Below are positions 18,710 through 28,800 of a stretch of 64,000 nt of DNA, in pieces. Source of the stretch: an uncultured candidate division WWE3 bacterium (GTDB taxonomy: Bacteria; Patescibacteriota; WWE3; UBA101185; UBA10185); NCBI GenBank assembly GCA_903879985.1, contig CAIRNR010000004.1, positions 32,762 through 96,761 on the forward strand, written 5' to 3'. Within the stretch, counting starts at the first letter, position 1. Every line of letters begins with the position of its first letter. The translations under genes were made by a program, and so were the position numbers. The notes under the pieces are model-generated. The model saw nothing but the letters and a program-made list of their open reading frames with translations. It searched no databases and was not told where the DNA came from.

Positions 18710-19309
18710 ATGAAAACTCGTAATCGGTTTTGGACGATAGGTTTGTTGGTGTTTGTGTTTGTCCTGATTTCGGCCTGCGCACTTGGTGCTGCTCCCGTGC
18801 CCCCACCGCCTGACCCGTTACCGCTGTGGAAAGGAATGGACCCAAATGATATAGCGGGTTCGATGGGCATTTCAAAGGATACTCATGTGATTACTTACGA
18901 GGTGTCCATGAATATTAACCCGAAGTTTTACAAGGGTCCCGGCAAGTTAAGTTATACGAGTAACAAGCTGCTGTTATCTACGGACATCATGCCTACGTTT
19001 ATCAACGAATTTTCTGATTTCACCGTACTCTATGGATACGACGATCGGACGTTGATGTATAACGGAATTGCAACCAAGGCGGTTGTATTTGACGGCAGTA
19101 AGCAAGTTATAGCCGAGGCAAGATTAGAAGAAGGCGACGGCAGGACACTTACGCTTTTGGAGGTACATTACGACACCTCTGGAAATGTGATTTTCTGGTG
19201 CCACAGTACTATCAGTACTGGACTTGGGGACAAGATCGATGAGTACGATGTTAATGGTGTTAAGGCTAAAGAGTATTTCTTCCTTTGGCCGGTTTCTGCA
19301 TTCAACTAA
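18710..19309 (+). CDS. Putative lipoprotein
   Basis: SD, signal with lipobox LISA-C, Pro-rich linker. Confidence 0.7.
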   Translation: MKTRNRFWTIGLLVFVFVLISACALGAAPVPPPPDPLPLWKGMDPNDIAGSMGISKDTHVITYEVSMNINPKFYKGPGKLSYTSNKLLLSTDIMPTFINEFSDFTVLYGYDDRTLMYNGIATKAVVFDGSKQVIAEARLEEGDGRTLTLLEVHYDTSGNVIFWCHSTISTGLGDKIDEYDVNGVKAKEYFFLWPVSAFN

Positions 19310-19329
19310 CTTTAGGATAGAGTTTTGCT

Positions 19330-19367
19330 TGGGCATACATTTTTTTTGGAAGTGTGTGCCCATTTTT
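19330..19367 (+). terminator. Intrinsic terminator
   Basis: TGGGCATACA...TGTGTGCCCA then TTTTT. Confidence 0.7.
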
Positions 19368-19502
19368 ATAGGTCACAAATATATCGCTGCTTGTAGTCCT
19401 ATAGTAGGTATTTAATTTAATTAGTGTTATGTATTTTTTTTACCCTAAATTAATCCATTTTAAGTTTGTGTATATAGCTAAATTGCTGTTAATATAATAG
19501 TA

Positions 19503-20099
19503 ATGAAATTTTTAGATTTTAAAGGAAAAACCCTTAATTTGGGGGATCAATTTAGTGCTATATTTTCAAAGGCAAAACCTGTTCTAGTGCAATCCGGAAT
19601 TATTGTTACGGTTTTAGTTATAATAGCGGGATCTTGCGTCACTTATTACAATTATCTAACTTTAAAAGAACTTTCTGTCCTTGTAAAATCTCAATCGGAA
19701 ATTATTTCAAAATCTTCAAACTTTAAAGAAAGCGTTAAAAATTCTGATTCGACTTCGTTTGAAATTTCAAATATTAATAAACAACTCGCAATAGTGCTTT
19801 CAAAAATATCAAATAATTCTTCATCTAAAATTTCTGAACCTTCTACAAATGTAACCCCTACCCCAGATGCACCTGCCTATTTGGGAATGATTAGAACCGT
19901 CAATGACCCTACGACTACAGTAAATATATACGATGTGCCAAGCAATGGTGGCAACATTATTAGTACTGTTCCTTCAGATGATCTACTTTTTTATTATAAA
20001 ACTGCCCAGGGTTGGTATCAGATTGAACTAGAACCTGGGAATTTAGGTTGGATTCAGGCTGATTTGGTAATAGAATTACCTAGTACAACGAAAGAATGA
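19503..20099 (+). CDS. Membrane-anchored coiled-coil protein with C-terminal bacterial SH3-like domain
   Basis: TM, heptads, VNIYDVP...GWYQI...GWI. Confidence 0.75.
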   Translation: MKFLDFKGKTLNLGDQFSAIFSKAKPVLVQSGIIVTVLVIIAGSCVTYYNYLTLKELSVLVKSQSEIISKSSNFKESVKNSDSTSFEISNINKQLAIVLSKISNNSSSKISEPSTNVTPTPDAPAYLGMIRTVNDPTTTVNIYDVPSNGGNIISTVPSDDLLFYYKTAQGWYQIELEPGNLGWIQADLVIELPSTTKE

Positions 20100-20926
20100 A
20101 GATTATTAAAATAGTATTGAACTTATATTGTTTGCTCATAACACTGCCCCTGTTAGTGGTAGGGTTTAAGAATTTGAATTCATTTGCCAGTTTAACCTTA
20201 TTTTTATTTTTACTTCCTATCGCTCTTTATTTGCCTGTTAGTCTTTTTGGTAGATTAAAAAAAGTAAAAATTACTTTAGTAGTAATTAATTTTATTTTTT
20301 CACTAGTCATATTGGTTGTAGAGTTGTTAGCTGTAAAAAACCTAGTTGATGGTATTTTTGTATTTTTATTTTTACCGGTCTTTATTAACTTTTTAATGCT
20401 TTTGATTCAATGTTTTAAAAAATCCCCTGAAAAAGAAGTTATAGAGGCTGACGCTTTTGCAACCGATACACCTGCAGCAATCGATACCTTAATTTTTGAG
20501 CAAGAACACTTAGTTCAGGATGAAACTAGGCGTAAATTTATTAAGGTTATAGCCGGTGCGGGAATTGGCACTATCGTTTTATGTTTAATGAATCCTCAAA
20601 AGGCTGCAGCCGCATTTTTTGGAAGTATGCCTGGTCCTGGTGTCATTTCGATAAAGGATTCAGCAGGTACAAAGATTGATCCTTCAATAAAAGATCCAAC
20701 GGATAGTTACGGCATTAGTGATACAAGTGAAACTGGAGTAGCACATTACTATGGATTTATTCACTATAACGGTAGTGACTGGTATATTTTAAAAGATGCT
20801 GGAGATGGTACATTTGCTTACGCCACTAAGGCTAATAACGTAGGTGTTGCTTATGCAACTGCGTGGACAAATAAAGCTTCGAGTTTAGGTTACGGTTCCT
20901 TTTCTGCTGCCTTTAAAACAATATAA
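20096..20926 (+). CDS. 4-TM membrane protein with internal twin-arginine signal and exported C-terminal domain
   Basis: Four TMs, loop, TRRKFIK (20525-20545), h-region, AAAA cleavage-like site. Confidence 0.75.
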   Translation: MKIIKIVLNLYCLLITLPLLVVGFKNLNSFASLTLFLFLLPIALYLPVSLFGRLKKVKITLVVINFIFSLVILVVELLAVKNLVDGIFVFLFLPVFINFLMLLIQCFKKSPEKEVIEADAFATDTPAAIDTLIFEQEHLVQDETRRKFIKVIAGAGIGTIVLCLMNPQKAAAAFFGSMPGPGVISIKDSAGTKIDPSIKDPTDSYGISDTSETGVAHYYGFIHYNGSDWYILKDAGDGTFAYATKANNVGVAYATAWTNKASSLGYGSFSAAFKTI

Positions 20927-20928
20927 AC

Positions 20929-23900
20929 TTACCACCACAACAAAACTCGCCACATTTCATTACCTGTATGTCTCATAACGTAAAGGTATCTTAAATGATC
21001 CTTTGGATAAGATGATGCGGTAGGATCAGCGTATTCTATAATTTCCATTCTATTACCAATAACTGCTGTACCCATACCATAAGGAACCGTTGCGGAAGGC
21101 ATTACAAGGTTAGTAACAATATCGTAATAGTTAATTCTACCAGTAGCCTCTTTTGTAAAATAAATTCTGTCGACGCCGTCATAACTGTACATAGAACCTG
21201 TTGTTAATGTTTCCATATTTGGGAACTGAGTGATCGTTTCCCAAACTCCATATGGAATATCGTATCTGTTAAGTTCGGTTGCCGCACCACCTCTAAAAGA
21301 ATACATAAATCTTGCCTTCATATTAGAAGTGCTTGGATCATATAATCTATCTAAATGTAAGCCAGTACCACGAGGTGTTATTGGATAAATAGCGTAAACA
21401 TCTGCGCCTGCTGTGGCACCAATGGTAAAACCAAAAGAAGTACCAAAAGCGGACATTTGTGTCTGACTGTTCTGTCCTGCGGCTACGACAGCTTGCTCAG
21501 CTGGGTTTGCGGTTCCTGGTACCTGACCTGCAAGCATTCGTGCTCTGTGACCTGCAAAGTATGCGTATGGCCAGTTCTGTGTGTAATCAATAATTGCTGT
21601 TGTGGAACCTCCTGTAGCAACTCCGTAACAATCTAATATTTCGTAAACTGTTGTTGCATCTGTCGTGGCGCTTAATGCTGTAGCTAATGTAAGCGTTGTT
21701 GCGGTGTTAGACAAAATCGCTGCCTGACTTCCCGCCCCTGCCCCAGCGACAATTTGTACAAGTCTTGCGTCGGTTCCTTTTATGGTTCTTATAACGGAAC
21801 CTGATTCTGTAGTTAAACCAGACGCGACTGTTAAAGTACCTGCCGCGGAGGTTACAACTTGGAACCAGCTATTGTTACCACTTTGCGAAAAGCCACTTAA
21901 TTTAATCCACATACCTACTGTGAATACTGCTAAACGGCTTGAAGAGTCTGTAATAGTTGTTGAGTTTGATACCTGAATTGTTGCATCACTAGCTGACACT
22001 ATAGTTTGTAATGTTTGGTTAAACCAGTTTACCGGCCAGTTTTTTGTTGCGTCGATAATTGTTTTAGCATCGCCGGCTGTTGATGTACAAACACCCCAAG
22101 TTCCTTGATTTGGTGTTCCTGAAGTGGCTCCTGGTGGAAAATACGAAGTTTTAGGCAAGGTTGAGTCAACTCCAAAGGGTTTCATATCTTGAATCATATA
22201 GCGTGTTGTACCATCAACTGGAGAGGCGCCTAAAACTAGAGTGCCCATTGTAAATGTTGTGGAGGTGTTTGCCGAAATTCTTCGTACATAGCCACCTGCA
22301 CCAATTTGTATGGATACAAGTTTGCCTACAAGTTCACTTGGTGCCCAATTTTTTGTAGCATCAACTATGATTAATGTAGTTTGTGCTTGGGTTACGGTTG
22401 CTGTACCTGTGGCTGTTGCTCCAACTGAAAGTCTAAAAATTAATGCTGTATCGTAACCGACAACTGGCCAAGCGCCGTTAATAGCTGCCGGTGCAAGAGC
22501 GCCCGCAACGGTTACAGAGTCACCAATTAAAAAGTTTGTAGAAAGAATAGTTGTAACCGCGGCAACGTTTGTAGTTGCGCCTGATGCCCACGAAACGGTA
22601 CATCCCGTGCCTCCTGCTGGTAAAACTGTTGTAACAATTGTTGATCCGGTAGTGTTATACGCGGTTCCCGCGTTTTCTAAAGCTATACTTGTTACAGCAC
22701 CAACTGAATCAACTCCTGTAACTCTATACTTTGCGGTAGTACCACCACCTCCGTTAACCGTCAAAATATTTCCAATAAAATAACCACTGCCTCCTGCGGC
22801 AATTGTAACCGGTTGTGTGCCTCCTGTATTACCTACTAATCCTCCGGCGGAAACTACAACACCTCCTGCAGCCACACCGTGTGCTCTGTCTCCAGTTTGA
22901 CCTGGTGCTGATAAAGAAATAGCTCTACAAATACCCCAATCTAATTGTGTTCCCGTTGTCCAATGATCTGCATCGATTCCGTATTGTTGCATGGCTGAAT
23001 GTGTAGCATACGTAGACCATATCTTGTCGGTGTCTGGCCATACCTCGTAGCCATCTCCATTCGCGGGATTAGAAAGCCAACTTTTTCCTATCGTAAAAGA
23101 TGTGGCATCGTTAGCTATGATTGTTCGATATTGGCCAATACTCGCTGCGGTGGTTGATGCGGTTATGCGTAATTGCATTCCTGCATATTGATTAATAACC
23201 ATATTAGCACCGGAGTTTACTAATCTTCTGGACGTTCCACTTGTTGCTGTAACGCCTGTTATTAATGCTGATGGACCGTCGTGTACTATTTCTGTAGCCA
23301 AATCAGTAGCTGCAGCATTTAAAAAGTTATACTGCACCGATTTAACGTGCCAGTAATCTGAAATTACATCATAATAGGAAAGTGAAAGCCATGGAGCTGC
23401 TGCAGAATTTAACAACCAAATTCCGCCACCTTTAACAACGAATCTTGATGTGGCATCAGGTGTAACGTCCCAAGCAACGGAGACTGTAATCATGGAAGCT
23501 TCAATATAGTAGTCACTACCTGCACCGGGTGCGGTCCATGGAGGATTTCCCCAAGGATCAATGGCTAAATACGCTGGGTCTGCTACGGTAAGAACGGTTG
23601 AAGTATTATATAAAATACGTCTAACCTGAGATTGACCAGTGCCTAACACAACTCTAACCTGATAATCCCGCCATTGATTTGGTTTCCATAGTCTATAAAT
23701 AGGTGGATTAACTGTTGCATCTGTTAACGATGTCGTCGCGCCCGCAGTTGCTACCCCGTAGTCATACGTTATAGGTTCACCAACATCTAATATTGTTCTT
23801 TCCTGACCTGCACCTGTTCCTGATAAGATTTTTATTTTTAATCCCTTTAAGGCTTTTCCATTTAAGGCAGCTGCATAAAAAGTTGTAGTAGTTGGTGCAG

Positions 23901-24177
23901 GTGAAGCTAAAACTCTTGAGTAATATCCGACGTCGTTGGAATAGCGTAACGGTGCATCTACAGCCGCGGTTACAGGTCCGTTAGCTAATTGGTGCCATGT
24001 GTCGTTGATTGTGTCATAACGATACATCGTAGCTGCAGTATAGTAATACATGTATCTGGGTGCTCCAGGAGGAGAACATGTAGCACAGATGTTTGTATTG
24101 GTAGCGACTGGTGCTAATTTACACCATTCCCATACCGGTTGATCAACTAAATTTTTTAAATTTAATGTAATAGCCAT
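20929..24177 (-). CDS. Large signal-less Gly/Thr/Ala-rich fibre/adhesin-like protein (propeller blades plus repeated beta domains)
   Basis: 1082 aa, YRYD...W blades at both ends, repeated GTGAGQ.R.I..NT.T units, no N-terminal hydrophobic segment. Confidence 0.65.
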   Translation of the reverse strand: MAITLNLKNLVDQPVWEWCKLAPVATNTNICATCSPPGAPRYMYYYTAATMYRYDTINDTWHQLANGPVTAAVDAPLRYSNDVGYYSRVLASPAPTTTTFYAAALNGKALKGLKIKILSGTGAGQERTILDVGEPITYDYGVATAGATTSLTDATVNPPIYRLWKPNQWRDYQVRVVLGTGQSQVRRILYNTSTVLTVADPAYLAIDPWGNPPWTAPGAGSDYYIEASMITVSVAWDVTPDATSRFVVKGGGIWLLNSAAAPWLSLSYYDVISDYWHVKSVQYNFLNAAATDLATEIVHDGPSALITGVTATSGTSRRLVNSGANMVINQYAGMQLRITASTTAASIGQYRTIIANDATSFTIGKSWLSNPANGDGYEVWPDTDKIWSTYATHSAMQQYGIDADHWTTGTQLDWGICRAISLSAPGQTGDRAHGVAAGGVVVSAGGLVGNTGGTQPVTIAAGGSGYFIGNILTVNGGGGTTAKYRVTGVDSVGAVTSIALENAGTAYNTTGSTIVTTVLPAGGTGCTVSWASGATTNVAAVTTILSTNFLIGDSVTVAGALAPAAINGAWPVVGYDTALIFRLSVGATATGTATVTQAQTTLIIVDATKNWAPSELVGKLVSIQIGAGGYVRRISANTSTTFTMGTLVLGASPVDGTTRYMIQDMKPFGVDSTLPKTSYFPPGATSGTPNQGTWGVCTSTAGDAKTIIDATKNWPVNWFNQTLQTIVSASDATIQVSNSTTITDSSSRLAVFTVGMWIKLSGFSQSGNNSWFQVVTSAAGTLTVASGLTTESGSVIRTIKGTDARLVQIVAGAGAGSQAAILSNTATTLTLATALSATTDATTVYEILDCYGVATGGSTTAIIDYTQNWPYAYFAGHRARMLAGQVPGTANPAEQAVVAAGQNSQTQMSAFGTSFGFTIGATAGADVYAIYPITPRGTGLHLDRLYDPSTSNMKARFMYSFRGGAATELNRYDIPYGVWETITQFPNMETLTTGSMYSYDGVDRIYFTKEATGRINYYDIVTNLVMPSATVPYGMGTAVIGNRMEIIEYADPTASSYPKDHLRYLYVMRHTGNEMWRVLLWW

Positions 24178-24193
24178 AAATTAATTATTTTTA

Positions 24194-24499
24194 TTAAAAC
24201 GTAATGTTGTTTCTTATTCCGATTGCATATTCCATTCTTGCTCTGTCCATTATTTCGTATCTTTGATCAACAGGTTGTGCTGCTATAGAGACTGGTTGTG
24301 TACTTTGATAAAAAGTTCCTGTTACTGCTGTTGATGCCGCAGCTTCAACTACAACTCTCTGTCTTTGCTGGATATCACATACAGCACTTGGTTCTAATAA
24401 TTTAACAATTCTTCTTAAAAGGGAAACACTTTCATCTTGAGCTGGGTTTATAACTGTTCCGCTACTATCTGCGACTCTTGTTTGTTCAAAATATGACAA
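24194..24499 (-). CDS. Small signal-less protein co-encoded with fibre-like gene
   Basis: SD AAGGAG, TTG start; VADSSGTVINP, LLRRIVKLLE, QQRQRV. Confidence 0.7.
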   Translation of the reverse strand: MSYFEQTRVADSSGTVINPAQDESVSLLRRIVKLLEPSAVCDIQQRQRVVVEAAASTAVTGTFYQSTQPVSIAAQPVDQRYEIMDRARMEYAIGIRNNITF

Positions 24500-24534
24500 T
24501 TTAAATTCTCCTTAAAACTTTTTAAATATAATCC

Positions 24535-24912
24535 CTATATAATATACCAATTGGTACCTTTAGAGACAACCTGCATAGCAGAATTTTGAAATGCTAATAT
24601 AACGGTTGCGTTTCCATCATCAATTTTATCCGAACCTGCACCAGCTACGGTAACAGTATTTATCGTTGAATCAGTTTTTTTTATTTTATAAACCTTATTT
24701 GGGTGAGTTGTGGCATCTGGAAGTGTAATTGTTATATTTCCTGTTAGCGAACTAGAGGCGTCCGCCAGAATTACTGTTCCTGCGTCTGCAGCTGTATTTC
24801 CCGTAACGGTAACAGCATTTATTATGTCAATAACACCAGTGATAGAAAGATCACCAATTTGGTGAGAATGTAGTAACGGTTTTCCTAATAATTTATCGAT
24901 TGTGACGGGCAT
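24535..24912 (-). CDS. Phage tail-fibre C-terminal-like beta domain protein
   Basis: ILADAS..NITITLP...KVYKIKKTD...VTV...DKID...L...V.S.GTNWYII; start set at ATG 24912 to avoid overlap with tatC. Confidence 0.65.
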   Translation of the reverse strand: MPVTIDKLLGKPLLHSHQIGDLSITGVIDIINAVTVTGNTAADAGTVILADASSSLTGNITITLPDATTHPNKVYKIKKTDSTINTVTVAGAGSDKIDDGNATVILAFQNSAMQVVSKGTNWYII

Positions 24913-24957
24913 AATTGCTTGTTTCCATGCTAACAATATTGTACCATTAATACAAGT

Positions 24958-25668
24958 ATGGATGATAAAAACGAGACGTACGAAATTTTCATAAAAGAGT
25001 TTATGGTACTTCGTCAAAAATTGATAAGTGTTTTTATTTTATTCTTCGCCGGATCGGCTATAGGATTACTTTTTAATCAACAAATATTAAAATTGGCACT
25101 CAAAATATTTAATTTCAGTGGTGTTAACATGGTTTTAACTTCTCCAGGGCAAATGATTGAAATTTCTATTTACACTGCTGTGTTAACAGGCCTGTTTTTT
25201 GCCACTCCTGTGCTAATATATCAAATTTACATGTATATTCGACCTGCATTTAAAGATAAGGAATATCACTTAATTATGTCTTTTGTTCCTTTGAGTCTTG
25301 TTCTTTTTATTTTGGGAGGAGCTTTTGGTGTTTGGATTAATCAATTAATGCTTGCCCTTTTTTCTAAATTTTCCAGCGACTTTAGACTGAATAATATTTG
25401 GGATTTACAACGATTTTTCTCTCAAGTAATTATGACAGCAATTTTGACCGGGCTTTTATTCCAAATGCCTTTGTTTTTATCTGCGCTAATAAGATTCAGA
25501 TTGTTGTCACGACAGCTTTTAGTGCAAAAAAGAAAAGTCGCATATGTTATCTTGTTAATAATCGCAGTTTTGCTGCCACCCACTGACATTTTGTCCTTAC
25601 TTATTCTTACAATTCCACTTATACTATTATATGAATTAACTTTGTTTTTAAATGTTGGACAACCTTAA
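24958..25668 (+). CDS. tatC: Twin-arginine translocase subunit TatC
   Basis: LRQKLI, P.LIYQI..YIRPA...E, GLLFQMP, LPPTDILS...IP...LYE, 6 TM. Confidence 0.9.
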   Translation: MDDKNETYEIFIKEFMVLRQKLISVFILFFAGSAIGLLFNQQILKLALKIFNFSGVNMVLTSPGQMIEISIYTAVLTGLFFATPVLIYQIYMYIRPAFKDKEYHLIMSFVPLSLVLFILGGAFGVWINQLMLALFSKFSSDFRLNNIWDLQRFFSQVIMTAILTGLLFQMPLFLSALIRFRLLSRQLLVQKRKVAYVILLIIAVLLPPTDILSLLILTIPLILLYELTLFLNVGQP

Positions 25669-25683
25669 AGGAGGTGCATTTTT

Positions 25684-25863
25684 GTGTTTGGAATAGAAAA
25701 TATTGGAACACCGGAGATTATCATTGTCGCAGTAGTGCTCTTGATTATTTTTGGACCTAAAAAGCTTCCAGAGTTTGCTAAGGGATTAGCTGATGCAGTT
25801 AAGGAAGTAGGAAATGCCTTCAAAGGCGATAAAGGAAAAGGACAGGAGAAAAAAGAAAGTTAA
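25684..25863 (+). CDS. tatA: Twin-arginine translocase subunit TatA (59 aa, absent from ORF track)
   Basis: SD AGGAGG, GTG start, MFGIENIGTPEIIIVAVVLLIIFGPKKLPEFAKGLADAVKEVGNAFK. Confidence 0.92.
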   Translation: MFGIENIGTPEIIIVAVVLLIIFGPKKLPEFAKGLADAVKEVGNAFKGDKGKGQEKKES

Positions 25864-25868
25864 GGAAA

Positions 25869-28800
25869 ATGAAGAATGTGCGCATGCCCAAAAGTTTAAA
25901 AGTTCTTATTTTTGGAGTACTTTTTAGTATTCTCTATGTTGGGGCTGCCTCTAAAGTTATGGCAGCTCCTGCCGAATACCAACGCTGTGGACGCGGTGGT
26001 AGTTGTGAAATCGGTGAATTCTTATACGACGATTCATATTCGCCGATTACAACTGCGGGTATTTGTATTCTTACAAGTCGTACTTCATCTGGAAGCGTTT
26101 ATGCCGATCCTCCTTCAATAATGACTTCTTCCAGTGCGGGAGATGGTTGGTATTCATCTAACTGGACAGTTGGCGGTGCTCAAACCGAAGGACTTTATCC
26201 CACAACAGTTTGTTGTACTCCTGTTGGAGAAAATAAAATTTGTATCGATAAATCTTTTGTTATTGGTACAACTTTATTATCTGGCTCGGAAGTAGCCAAT
26301 GCCGTTTGGGATTCACAAACCAGCGATCACACAGGCGCAGGAACTTTTGGAAATGTATTAGGAAATATTTTATATAACATTTGGAATTACGGTACGCGCT
26401 CATTAACTTCTGCAACATTAGCCCTAGGAGAACAATTAGCTGTTAAATCTGAAGTAAATTCATCCATTACTGCATCACAAACAGCTGTCACAAGTGCTGT
26501 TAGTGGTTCACAGGGGTTGGTTATAGCAAATCAGAACTCAAATACAGGAACAGTTACCAGCGCCGTCACAGGTTCACAAGGTTTAGTGATCGCTAACCAA
26601 AATTCCAATACGGCTAGCGTAAACAGCGCGGTTGCAGGCTCTCAAGGATTGATTATTGCAAATCAAAATTCCAATACCGGAACAGTTACAAGTGCTGTTA
26701 GTGGTTCACAAGGATTAATTATTGCAAATCAAAATTCCAATACGGATAGTGTCAACAGTGCAGTTACAGGATCACAAGGTTTGGTAATTGCCAACCAAAC
26801 TGCCAATACATCTACAATTACCGGTTGGATAACTAGTACGCTCGCCGCACTACAAGCCGCAATACTTGGACAACAATCAAGCGATACCTCGTCATTAGCA
26901 GGCACTGTAACAAGTGCTATGTCTGGTTCACAAAACGCAATTATTGCCAATCAAAATTCAAATACAGATACCGTTACAAGTGCTGTTACTGGGTCTCAAG
27001 GTTTGGTAATCGCAAATCAAACAGCTAACACAAATACAATCACTGGTTGGATAACAAGTACGCTTGCATCATTACAAGCCGCAATACTTGGACAACAGTC
27101 ATCAGATACTTCTACATTGGCAGGAACCGTTACCAGCGCCGTCACAGGTTCACAAGGTTTAGTTATAGCAAATCAAAATTCAAATACTGGTACAGTTACA
27201 AGTTCAGTTTCCGTTGCACAAAACGCAATTATCGGAAACCAAAATTCAGCAACAGGAGTAATAACAGGCGCAGTTTCAAGTTCAGTATCGGCAGCTCAAG
27301 GTGCAATATTAGGTCAACAAACATCTGACACATCAACAATAACCGGTGCAATAACGGCAGGAACAGGCACAGTTACCAGCGCTGTTAGTGGTTCACAGGG
27401 CTTAATAATTGCCAGCCAAAGTGCTGCAACGGGCACAATAACAGGTGCAGTTTCAAGTTCTGTTTCTGGAGCACAAGCTGCAATTTTAGGTCAACAAACA
27501 TCTGATACTTCAACGCTTTTAGCACAAATGCTCGCAGACAAAACCTACTTGGGAAATGCAGTTACTTCTTCTCAATCAGCAATTATGGGACCCTCTGCTA
27601 AAAATCTAACGCAAATTGCAACAGGTGTTTCCGGATTACAATCAACAGCAGATTCTATTTCCACAAAAGTAGATTCATTGCAAACATCTATAGGTACGGT
27701 GGATACGAATGTTGACTCACTAATAACCAATTGGAATAATCTAGATTTGTCTCAGGTTTCTAGTGCCATGAGCGCAATAAGTACAAGCTTAGGTACTATT
27801 TCAGACGGATGTGCAAGTACAACTACTGTTTTTGGTGATATTCGCTGTTTAAAGGATAAATGGGGAGTTCAAGATGCCTCATCTTTGTATAATGCCGCAA
27901 ATAATGCTTATACAACATCTATAGCACTTCAGGGTGAATTGGATTATAACCAAAAATCGACAACAGCTTATAAAGATTTACAAAATTTAAAAACTTATGT
28001 GTTAGCTCTTCAAACTTCCTTAGGTACCGAAGCTGACGCGGCAACAGTGCCTACTATTTTTGGGCGTATTAAAAAATCTCAAGATACATTGGCAAATTTA
28101 AATACATCGGGAACCGGACTTGACGATTTACTAAGCAAGTGGGGTTCTTATGATGCCGCCGATATATATAACAAGGTTAAAAATCTTTCTGATGATATAG
28201 AAAAGGTTAATACAGTTCCCGACGTAGATTCGATTTTAAAATTATCTAAACAAAACTCTTCAGATATGAAAGAGTTGAAAAATACAACTTACGCATTAAA
28301 GGCTGTTGTAGATGTTAACAGAGTTTTACTTGATAAATTTTCAAATTCTCCAATTGTAAAAACATGGCTTGAAGATGGCTCGGTAATTTTCAAAACATTA
28401 ATTACTAACCCATCAACTATTTCTAAACAAACAGTTCCTCTAAAATTTTATCTACCTAAAGAAACCAGAAAAGAAGATTTAATTAAAGTAGATACAGGTT
28501 TGAATGTTGAATTTGATTCAAAAGAAGATGCATTTTTTGTTAGTGGTTTATTCCCATTAAATCCTGGTGAAACAAAAATAGTAGCTGTTGAGGTTAAGGA
28601 TGTTTGGAAAATAAATACAACTGAATTGGATTCATTAAGAATGCAAGCCGAAGATTTATCTGTTCCTCTAAAAGATAGTTCGTTTTTTGCGCAAGGTGTA
28701 ACTCTTAAGTCGGATATCGTCGTACGACTTGACGATATTAAACGTTTGCAAAGCGAGGCTTATACACCAGAAGATCGTATCAAAACTTTCAGAGACAATA

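Noticed and set aside
20929-24912. Prophage
   Set aside because: No integrase, terminase, portal, capsid or lysis genes; embedded among tat and surface genes
24913-25017. N-terminal extension of the 160-aa ORF
   Set aside because: Overlaps tatC head-to-head; ATG 24912 follows a -10-like box
26486-27510. 66-bp repeats as CRISPR array
   Set aside because: In-frame coding repeats with synonymous variation, no unique spacers, no cas genes
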